The notes under the pieces are model-generated. The model had not been told where the DNA came from and ran no database searches. It saw nothing but the letters and a program-made list of their open reading frames with translations. Position numbers and translations under genes: made by a program. A stretch of 62,876 bases of DNA, the filler included, from Octopus bimaculoides (lineage: Eukaryota), in the NCBI RefSeq assembly GCF_001194135.2. It is 5 parts of 5 records of this genome, joined end to end, with 100 filler letters (N's around TTAATTAATTAA, not from the genome) between each part and the next. Parts side by side here need not be neighbours in the genome. Positions count along the whole stretch, not along the records: positions 46,123 to 62,876 come from NC_068992.1; 4 more parts are not named here. One strand, 5' to 3'. Positions 53,467-62,876 of this stretch are shown piece after piece (position 1 is the stretch's first letter; each line of letters starts with the position of its first letter).

Positions 53467-54362
53467 ACTAAAGAATGACAGGGCAAAGAAAACTGACTAA
53501 ACTATTACTATCTTTGTTTTTACTCACTTCATAACAATAATTGCATCATGTTATGAAGCAAACTTTGGTGTACATTTTTACAACTAGGTGACCTTTTCTA
53601 ACATCTAGCACTAGACTGTACAAGCGGATTCAAGCTTCAGTGAAGTAGAATTATAAATGAATAGTATGACAATTGGAGGGAATCAAGAGAGAGATAAATT
53701 AACTGAATGATTTGTAAGAAAAGTATATTGTATAATTATCAAGTTAGGTAAGAATAAAGAATCTGTGAAGCTGTTACTCAAAGATAAAACTTGAATAAGG
53801 AAATATATATTTTCATTTTCATAAACATACATTCCCAAGATGAAGCAAAAAATACTTTACACAATTTTCAGGGGGAAATACAATTATGTGGTAAAAAAAT
53901 TAATGAAATAAATAAAGGTAACATAAAACATGGTACAATAAACATGCAGGAATTCTAAGAACATTAGAATGGGAACTGGGGGAAAAAATTGAAAGCAACA
54001 TATAGGAGATGGCTTAAAGAATAGTAAAATGCTAATAGATATTAGATAAACACATAAATTGCATGTAAAGTTAGGGCCTCTTTGGAATTATTATATATAT
54101 ATGTGCGTGTGTTGGAACATTTATATTCTCTAATTACATTGTCAAAGTATGAAAGATAGAAATGCTTTACAATTCCCATGCAAACAGTATAACAGTAAGA
54201 TGTCCTTTTAGTCAAACATGTCACCCTCTTTAGAGACCATAAAAATGCTGAAAGCAATACTAAAATCTTTTCTAAGATCAGTATTACTATCCCTTAAATG
54301 TCACTGCCCTGGTGATGGTTTTATGTAAAGCTGAAACCTCAGTTATTTACAATTTTTTACAT

Positions 54363-54596
54363 TTTTACGCTTTTGGTATCAACCTACCCAAGACTGGACC
54401 TCTGGTCCTATGACACAAACTCCCCATTTTAAAGTCGTATAAACAAAATCCTTCCATCAATATTGTGTGTTCATTTCTGTTTCAAATACCAGATTAATAA
54501 GGACAAAGTCATTTTATTAAACTTCTCATTACTTTAAAAATTAATTGCAACAAAAAGCAGGGCATTTCAACAGAAATATGGAAACAAAAGGGTTAA
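54363..54596 (-). mobile_element. piggyBac-type MITE
   Basis: Ends aaagggTTAA; reverse complement of the 54890-55107 copy. Confidence 0.7.
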
Positions 54597-54889
54597 GCAA
54601 TTCCCTTTACCCATGGCAACCTATGTAGAAACTTGTTCATTTACTCGATGATTCTTTCATTACCATACCAGTAAGCATGGTGAAAGATATGCTTCATTGA
54701 TGAGGTCATAATAATACCAAAACATGTCCCAGATCGTCTCTGGGACTTGCTAGAAAAATAAAAATAACTATAGTAATTGACTATTGTTTTTCTTTACTGT
54801 ATATTTTTTCTAGTTAACTTTTTAATACTCCTTGTATTAAATAGGCTAATATGAACTGACTGTTTTTATAAGGATATAGGACTGAATTA

Positions 54890-55107
54890 TTAACCCTTCT
54901 GTTACCATATTTCTGTTGAAATACATTGCTTTTGCTTAAATTAATTTTGAAAATAATGAAGAATTAAATAAATAACTTTGAGATTATTAAGCAACTTAAA
55001 CTAACAAAATTTTGATGGAAAGTTTTCATTTAGATCATTCTAAAACAGAAAGTTTGTACCAATGAACTAGGGATGGCTTCAGGCAGATTGGTATCAAAAG
55101 GGTTTAA
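54890..55107 (+). mobile_element. piggyBac-type MITE
   Basis: TTAA-cccttctgttacc...ggtatcaaaagggt-TTAA: CCC...GGG termini with TTAA flanks. Confidence 0.75.
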
Positions 55108-56019
55108 ACTTATTTTTAAAACAGCAACTTAATATACAGTGAAAGCTGTGCTTCATCAATGAGGTCAAAACAAAACAAAAACCATGTCTGGTATTGTCTC
55201 TCCTCACTTCTTTGTAAAGTGAAAATAAGGTTAGTCATTGTCGAATACTGTTGGGTCTTTCCCACCTCATTCATTGCAGGTTTTAATCTCTCAATTTTTG
55301 AATAGTTAATGTATTAAATATGCTAACACTAGCTTATTAGGAACTGTGCTACATTCCTTTCCTATACAGAGCTGCTAGAGAGAATACAAATGTGAAATTG
55401 GTGAGCAGATTCCCTCATTTGTTCAATCAAACATGTACTCTAATTTTACAGACACAGAATTTTTTTTTTTTTTTTTTTGTGCGTGTGTATGAAGGAGGGG
55501 AGTTTTCAGCTTGTAAGATTATGTATGAAACCAATGACATTTGTGTAGAAAGAATTTGATGTGTTCAGTTCAGAACTTACACAACATCAGGAAATCTTTA
55601 AGGGAATATCTGATATTTATCTAAGAGAGCAAACATACAAACACATTTAGCTGAACATTTCGACAATGAAAACGATACCACTTTTCAGTATTTAATGTAG
55701 CTAAGCATAACCTTGAACTTCTATCATGATAAGTAATTTGAATAATAAGGATGATGATGATGATGATGATGGTTTTTGATCTAAGCACAAGGCCACAAAT
55801 TTTCAGGGATAATAATAATAATAATAATAATAAAAATAATAATAATGGTTTCAAATTTTGGCACAAGTAATAATTTTGCCAGCTTGCTGCCTTATCCAAT
55901 AATAATAACAGTTTCTAACATAGGGGACCATTTAGCTTAATGGTAGAGCACTCAGCCAGTATCTGACAGGTACCAGTTCAACTCTTGTAGTAGCCTGCTG
56001 GCAGCTTTTTTTTTAAAGG

Positions 56020-56291
56020 AGCAGGCATGGTTGTGTGGTAAGAAGTTTGCTTCCCAACCACATGGTTCCAGGTTCAGTCCTACTGCATGACACCTTGGGC
56101 AAGCGTCTTCTACTATAGCCTTGGACTGCCCAAAGCCTTGTGAGTGGATTTGGTAGATGGAAACTGAAAGAAACACGTCGTTTGTGTGTGTGTGTGTGTT
56201 TGTCCCTCACCACTGCTTGACAACCAGTGTTGGTGTGTTTATGTCCCCCATAACTTAGCGGCTCAGCAAAAGAAACCAACAGAATAAGTAC
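56020..56291 (+). mobile_element. CpG-decayed family A SINE
   Basis: Family A body with CG converted to TG/CA. Confidence 0.88.
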
Positions 56292-56490
56292 NNNNNNNNN
56301 NNNNNNNNNNNNNNNNNNNNNNNNNNNNNNNNNNNNNNNNNNNNNNNNNNNNNNNNNNNNNNNNNNNNNNNNNNNNNNNNNNNNNNNNNNNNNNNNNNNN
56401 NNNNNNNNNNNNNNNNNNNNNNNNNNNNNNNNNNNNNNNNNNNNNNNNNNNNNNNNNNNNNNNNNNNNNNNNNNNNNNNNNNNNNNNNNN

Positions 56491-56687
56491 AATACTTTCT
56501 ACTCTAGGTACAAGGCCTGAAATTTGAGGGAGAGGGTGATAGTCAATTATATCAACCCCAGTATTCAACTGGTACATAATTTATCAACCCCAAAAGATAA
56601 AAGGCAAAGTTGACCTCGGTAGAATTTGAACTCAAAACTTAGCGACAGATGAAATACTGCTAACCATTCTGTCAGCTCGCCACCTTG

Positions 56688-56719
<32 letters not shown>

Positions 56720-56935
56720 TCTTTCTACTTTAGGCACAAGGCCTGAAATTTGTGGGGAGGGGACTAGTTGATTACATCAACCCCAGTGTTTCACTGGTAC
56801 TTAATTTATCAACCCTGAAAGGATGATAGGCAAAGTCGACCCTGGTGGGATTTGAACTCAGAATGTGGTGATGGGCGAAATACTACTAAGCATTTCATCC
56901 AGCATGCTAATGATTCTGCCAGCTCACTGCCTTAA
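56491..56935 (-). mobile_element. Two tandem family B SINEs separated by (AAT)n
   Basis: Two copies of aatactttct...ggccttg...aaaggcaaagttgacc on the minus strand. Confidence 0.88.
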
Positions 56936-56969
56936 TCATGATAATAATAATTTATTAAGACTGAAATCT

Positions 56970-57322
56970 TGTATGTGTGGTAGGAAGCTTGCTTTCCAAT
57001 CTCGTGGTTCCAGTTTCACTCCCACTGCATGGCACCTTAGACAAGTGGCTTCTACTATAGCCTCAGGACAATCAAAGCCTTGTGAGTGGATTTGGTAGAT
57101 GGAAACTGAAAGAAGCCATTGTGTGTGTGTGTTCCCTTAACAACCAGTATTGATGTGTTTACATCCCTGTAACTTAGCAGTTTAGCAAAAGAGACTAATA
57201 GAATAAGTGCCAGGCTTCAAAAAAAAAAAATGAATGGGGTAAATTCATTGGACTAAAATTCTTCAAAGAAGTGCTCCAACATGGCCATAGTCTAATGACT
57301 GAAATAAGTAAAAGATAAAAGA
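56970..57322 (+). mobile_element. CpG-decayed family A SINE
   Basis: Head tgtgtggtaggaagcttgc and tail gactgaaataagtaaaagataaaag. Confidence 0.88.
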
Positions 57323-57736
57323 TACACACACAAACAAACATATATATTACTCTTTCAACTTATTAATAAAAAAATATATAATATTCAAATTATATGATTG
57401 TTCCAGGTTATGCAAAGCTTTTATACATTTTAACAGAACCAAAATGAAAAATATTTTCTTAAGCAATTTCTCCGAAAATATTGAAAAGACAACATAATAT
57501 CAGAAATTTATTACAGATAAATTTAAAGTAAAACTTTCTATTGGGAAGAGTATGTCTGTATGTTTGCATAATGTGACTATTTTAGTTGAGGTCATCCAAA
57601 TCTATTTCTATAGGAACTTGCTGTCTATCACTAAGTTAGACTTCACAACCAGCCCACCACACACACACATGCATGCACACACGCACGCGCGCACACACAC
57701 ACGAATATAAGAGAATAAAAATGGGAGGTGTCTTAC

Positions 57737-58046
57737 AGGTGGAGAAAGTGGCAATCTCATTTGGTTGACATTTGTTAGTACCAACGGACTTGGACTTGAC
57801 TGTAGGTTCCGTCGAGCTGACACAGATTGCTGGGGCGGTGATACTTGAGTAGGAGACATGTTCATATTTGGAGACAGATTTATATTACTGCCAGTTGTGA
57901 CGGATGAAGCAAAGTTCTGCTCTTCTTCATCAAGTGGTGTCGCTAATGGTGAAGGAAACTGAAGTACTGATAAGTCAGGCAATGATCCAGCATGATTGGA
58001 AATTGGGATGTGCACACCAGAGTCCTGTTCTTGTGATGGGTAGATG
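57737..58046 (-). CDS. CRTC: CRTC exon (310 nt): IYPSQEQDSGVHIPISNHAGSLPDLSVLQFPSPLATPLDEEE...RLPLSPP
   Basis: Acceptor ctttcttcctgtttcag| and donor CCT|gtaaga. Contains the CRTC hallmark GSLPDL-x3-FPSPLxTPLDxEE. Phase 2 in, phase 0 out. Lies within ORF 57608..58069. Confidence 0.95.
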
Positions 58047-58554
58047 CTGAAACAGGAAGAAAGAGACACATTTATTTCTAGCCCAAGATCACTAAAACAA
58101 CACTAGACAAAGAGTAAATACAATTACTGACATTGGACAAAGAGAAAACATAATAAAAATAGACAAATAATTAAACATAATTAACATAAATAATAATAGA
58201 TCTTTCATCAGTTTTGACAACAAGCATTCAGTTGTTTAATCAACTGAACTACCTTCTCATTAAATTAACATGTAAGTGGCTGAGTATTCCACAAACATGT
58301 ATATCCTAAGATCAAATTAGCATGAAAAGCCAAACCTTTAAGTTACAGGTAAAATCCATCTGACAGGCTTCTACACAGTTTCCATGTATTGAGTTACAGT
58401 CACAAAAGTTTAGACTAATCTGAGGTCATGTATAATAAAAAAAGAAAACACTTGCCTAAGATGAGATATCCTTGCCTAAGATGAGAGTGGACCTAGGACC
58501 TTATGACAGTAAAGTGAAATTTTTAACCACTCAGTTACGCATCAACATTAATAA

Positions 58555-58720
58555 TCCTTTCTACTATAGACACAAGGTCTGAAATTGGTGGGAGGGGCCA
58601 GTCAATTACATCAACCCCAATATTTAACTGGTTCTTATTCATCATCTCTTCATCTCTGAAAGGATGAAAGGCAAAGTTGACCATGGCAGAATTTGAACTC
58701 AGAACATAAAGATGTACAAA
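58555..58720 (-). mobile_element. CpG-decayed family B SINE
   Basis: gaaaggatgaaaggcaaagttgaccatggcagaatttgaactcagaac. Confidence 0.85.
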
Positions 58721-58769
58721 ATAATGCCAAGTAAACAATTAGCAACAACAGGCCAAAAGTAAACAAAGC

Positions 58770-59033
58770 TTAATCTTTTTGATACCAACCCACCTCAGAA
58801 AGCCCCTTGTTCTACGATACAGATTTTTTAAAAACCCTTTCGATACCAACCCAGCTCTCTAGTACAAATGTCTTGTTTTCGTAAGTTTTGAATTAAAATC
58901 TTCCACCAAACCTTACATTCCTAATATTAGCTTAACGATAACTAAGTTATTTTACTAAATTCTTTGTTATATTTAAAATTAATTGAAAGAAACACAGAGC
59001 ATCTCAAATTAAATACAGCAACAAAAGGGTTAA
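58770..59033 (-). mobile_element. piggyBac-type MITE with duplicated end
   Basis: ccctttcgataccaacc...aaagggTTAA; the left end is repeated at ~58770 and ~58830. Confidence 0.7.
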
Positions 59034-59770
59034 GTGATCTTTTCAAACAGAACTATGTTATTTGCTTAATCAGGAAATATAAAAAGGTGTTTTCCTCCAA
59101 TGCCTGGTATAATTAGTGCTAAATGGCAGAATAGATTCATTGGTAAGAAACAATTACAGATGTCTCATACAGACAGGGAGAGTCTCAACAAAGTTAGTGC
59201 AGGAAAAAATGGATAGGATTCAGTTTGGGTTGACACCACAATGAAGAACCAAAACTGTCAAATTTCGAATGAGACAAGTTACTTTAAAAAAACTCATTCC
59301 TCAATGCATTTGTCAATCTGAGGGGAGCCATGATTGGGCCCCATATTTTGCAGTCTGGTGGATGCTAAGGAAGCTATGAATGAATGACTAGCTGCAAACA
59401 TGCAAGCTATGTACAAAAGGGCAGAAAACAAGGTTAAGACTGAAGTCAGTTCAGGTAAAAATCAGGCAGTCTCCAGGCAGCCTATTTTCAACTTGATATA
59501 GAGGTGTGTATGTGTTCATCTCAACATCATCGTTGTTTTAATATCCACATTTCCATGCCTGCATGAATCAGATGAACTTCATTTCTACAGCTAGATGCTC
59601 TTGGTGCCAACCCTCACCTGTTTCGAAGCAAAGTAATATTTTCCCCTAATCCTTCAAACACAAACAGCACAATGGCTGGACATATTTCGATAGAGGATTG
59701 CAATTTGTATAACCATGACATTTGTCTACAATTAGCAAGAAATTACTATGAATATTAGAAGTAGACTTAC

Positions 59771-59814
59771 TTGATGTTGGGAACTTCACAGGATTTGGGC
59801 CGGACTTGACCAAG
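59771..59814 (-). CDS. CRTC: CRTC microexon (44 nt): LGQVRPKSCEVPNI(N)
   Basis: Acceptor ttaatttctattttag| and donor ATCAA|gtaagt. Encodes the conserved CRTC motif RPKSCEVP. Phase 0 in, phase 2 out, completing AAC (Asn) with the next exon. Too short for the ORF track. Confidence 0.92.
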
Positions 59815-60949
59815 CTAAAATAGAAATTAATATGAGCATTTAATTCATGATGATAAAAAGGAATTTTAATTAAATGTTCTAAATACCTCATAATTGGTTA
59901 GTTAAGTATTTGACCTCAGAACTAAGATGTGTTAGTAACACTGATCAGTTTTATAGAGTGGAGAGAAGTCAGCAGTTAATAGTTAAAAGAACAGTTTCGA
60001 AAATAAGAAATGTAGTGATAGTAGTGGTGAAATTATTTAAGGTCTAACTCAGACCTATAATCACAAGCCTTCATCCAGCTGTGAGCGTGCCTTCCTCTAA
60101 GTAGGCGTAATATTTTATGTCATATGTCCTGCCTTTTTTATGGCAGTAGGATGTTACCTGCGAGAGATCTGGCTGTAATTTCTAACCTGACTTGTGTTGG
60201 TTGTACATGATGAAAGTGGTAGTGAATAAGAAATTAAAAAAAGAAACTGGTGATTGTACAGATGGTGTAAGTGATGAAGTTGTTGGTGTTATTGCTGTTG
60301 TTGTTTAGCCCCAGGTCAACCCTAATAGGACAGATCTATGAGTGAAGGTATTCCATCTTTTTGTACATCTATAACCACTGTCCAATGCATCCATTTTCTC
60401 TGACCAGTTGGGTGCAATTTTGATGGAGATTTGATATTTCTAGCAAGTCAAGAGACCATACAGAAGATCTTTAGTTGGAATGCAAATCATAAATCAGTCG
60501 CTGTTATTTAACCTTTGTTTAGAAGTGATCATGCAAATTGATCAAATGATCAAAGGCTTTCTAGATGTGACCATCACACCTTGTTTTCAGGAATAGCATA
60601 TTTAGGCCTAAAAAAACAGCAGGGCAAGACTTGAATGAAATCCACCAACTGTTTCTAGTAGATCGAGTGACTGTGTAAAAGTCTCTTCATTGGCTTGAAG
60701 TGGTTGGTGTACATAGTGATACAGTGTGTTGATATATATGTAGGTTGTAGTTGTTGAATACTTCCACCAGGGGCAGCTGCACTGGCTTAAGAATTAAATT
60801 TGCTTATCAGGTGCAAATCCAGGTTTAAAATATTTTGCAAACAAGGTTTTAGTGTTTTTTTTATTATTCATTTTTGTTCTTTGAGAAGAAGCCTAACTTC
60901 AAGCTAATTTTTACAGATCACTTTTTGAAATCGAAATCGAACTAAATTC

Positions 60950-61383
60950 GATGACTGGCACCCATGCCAACGTCGTCTCCTTCATTGGACACGAAACTCG
61001 GCTTGCGAAGACCTGTTGGGGCAAGCGAAAGCGAAATCGTGATGGCACCTGTGCCCAGCACTTGTGCCAGTGGCACGTGTAAAAACATTCGAGCGAGATC
61101 ATTGCCAATGCCGCTGGACTGGCTCCTGTGCAGATGGCACATAAAATACACCATTTTGAGCGTGGCCGTTGTCAGTACCGCCTGATTGGCCTTCGTGCCG
61201 GTGGCACGTAAAAGCACCCACTACACTCTCGGAGTGGTTGGCATTAGGAAGGGTATCCAGCTGTAGAAACTCTGCCAAATCAGATTGGAGCCTGGTGTAG
61301 CCATCTGGTTCACCAGTCCTCAGTCAAATTGTCCAACCCATGCTAGCATGGAAAGCGGACATTAAACGATGATGGTGATGATG
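60950..61383 (+). mobile_element. RTE-related non-autonomous retroposon, CpG-retaining (young)
   Basis: Three ggcacgtaaaa-like motifs, gttggcattaggaagggtatccagctgtagaaac, and tail gacattaaacgatgatg(GAT)n. A partial tail also lies at 62700-62820. Confidence 0.75.
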
Positions 61384-61799
61384 ACTTTTTACGCACTGTT
61401 TTCTAAACACGAGAGAAATAAGTGAGAGTGCAAACTTTGATTTTGCATCCCACCAAAAATTTTAGCAGGTCCACTTGCACCTCCTGTTCCTGCTTGAGCA
61501 GACCAATGGCTTTGACAAAAACTAATGTTTTACAACAAACAAACACCAGATTTGTTATGCTTTAGTCTGGTTCTAGTTGTACACTACATATTATATAATG
61601 TCATAGTAAGCCTTGTGTAGGGCAGTATAGCAGTCATGGTATGCTGTATCTAATGAGTAATACAGGGATTATTTTTGTTTGATGGGGAAATCCAGACAGG
61701 CCGATCAAGGATACAGTGACAGCAGCTGGAGTAATTTCTTAGGATCTAAAACCTCACCTTGTCACAGAGTACTGCACAGGATAAAAGAAATGTTAAGGA

Positions 61800-61960
61800 A
61801 GCAGACATGGCTATGTGGTTAAGGGATTTGCTTTGCAGCTATGATATGGGGTTCAATCCTACTGTGTGGCATCTGGGCAAGTGTCTTCCAATATAGCTTT
61901 AGGTTAACCAATGCCTTAAGAGTAAAATTTAGCCAATGGAAACACTGTGCAGAGGGGAAC
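61800..61960 (+). mobile_element. CpG-decayed partial family A SINE
   Basis: catggctatgtggttaag...ggttcaatcctactgtgtggcatctgggcaagtgtcttc. Confidence 0.75.
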
Positions 61961-61962
61961 TG

Positions 61963-62030
<68 letters not shown>

Positions 62031-62092
62031 NNNNNNNNNNAATAAAAAACAATAATCAGAAATAAGAAAAGATAAATACACAAAACAACTAC

Positions 62093-62154
62093 CTTTTTAG
62101 GGTCCCAGTACTTCATGTTATCTTGAACTGAATTTTCCTCAGCTACTTGAAGAA
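62093..62154 (-). CDS. CRTC: CRTC internal exon (62 nt): xLQVAEENSVQDNMKYWDPKK
   Basis: Acceptor ggatttttcag| and donor AAG|gtagtt. Phase 1 in, phase 0 out, joining the next exon as WDPKK|LGQVRPKSCEVP, matching the recalled vertebrate CRTC1 junction (WDTKK-TGSRPKSCEVP). Confidence 0.85.
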
Positions 62155-62845
62155 CTGAAAAATCCAATTCAATAAATGTGAAAAAAAAAATCTTTAATTA
62201 TCAATGTCTGTAGACATATTTAGTGTAAATCATTTAAAATGCAAGAAATTCTCTTTCAAGGTGTTAAGAAACAGAAAAGCGGTAGTGAACCAGTCCTACC
62301 AAGTACTACACCATGTAATAAGTCGCTTGCAAGACAACAAACTCAGAGAGGGAGGATGCTACATCAGTTTGTTAGATGGAGCTCCAAAGGTTAGGGTATG
62401 AGAAAAGAGACTGTGGTAGAGCAGGTTCTTGTTGTAGAGGGGCTACATAGCTACTCACACTTAGAAGAAAGAGTGAGGATGAATCAGAGGTATCGCCAAG
62501 GAAATAGATAGTGGTGATGAGATGTCCAGGTGGAACTTCAGGTAGCAGAAGCAGTCGTAGGTAAGGGAAATGGGGGTTTGGAAGAGTGTATGGGGGAAGA
62601 GACAGAAGAAATGGGACAGGGAGGTAGATAACATTTGTAAAGATTGTGGAAGGGTTGAGGGGAGTGGGGTATGAGTTGAGGATGTATATAAAGGCATCCA
62701 TCCATAGAATCCATGCCAAGTTAAACTGGAGCCAGGCACATCTCTCTGCTTTGCCAGCTCAGGCCAAACTGCCCAACTCATGCCAGCATGGACAATGGAC
62801 ATTAAATGATGATGATGATATATATGTCTGCAGAGCAGACAGCCA

Positions 62846-62876
<31 letters not shown>

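Noticed and set aside
58450-58478. Short direct repeats (cttgcctaagatgaga x2; also tgtaagatgagttc x2 near 10485-10522)
   Set aside because: Only two units each, consistent with local slippage; not a CRISPR or structured array.
62250-62700. Purine-rich stretch possibly an antisense L2/CR1 RT remnant (SSPLSISLAIPL...); similar composition at 30710-31030
   Set aside because: Motif similarity too weak to call without a database search.

Overview
AT-rich, microsatellite- and retroposon-dense animal DNA with many N gaps. The repeat landscape resembles octopus (inference from recalled SINE families; not searched). Four identical artificial 100-bp spacers (44 N + TTAATTAATTAA + 44 N) split the window into five segments that may not be contiguous in the genome: 1-7994, 8095-29838, 29939-33009, 33110-46022 and 46123-62876. 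The only confidently identifiable gene is a partial minus-strand CRTC (CREB-regulated transcription coactivator). It has four phase-compatible internal exons (62093-62154, 59771-59814, 57737-58046, 50240-50713), two of them short exons (62 and 44 nt) whose true reading and boundaries are not evident from the ORF track; its 5' and 3' exons were not found. The rest is tRNA-derived SINEs of several families, Penelope-like element (PLE) fragments, RTE and R4/Dong LINE remnants, DNA transposon relics and MITEs. Best second-look items: (1) minimal type I hammerhead ribozymes in PLE terminal repeats, including an A6U core variant shared by two copies; (2) a bipartite (internally deleted) R4/Dong-like element with a (GAA)~60 leader inserted in the (TAA)n tail of a SINE; (3) strong CpG decay of SINEs inside the CRTC gene body; (4) inverted RTE-type repeats flanking an in-frame 828-nt CRTC exon block; (5) a 232-bp fold-back element; (6) a promoter-like cluster of three palindromes. 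Repeat coordinates are approximate (about +/-15 nt) unless described as exact.
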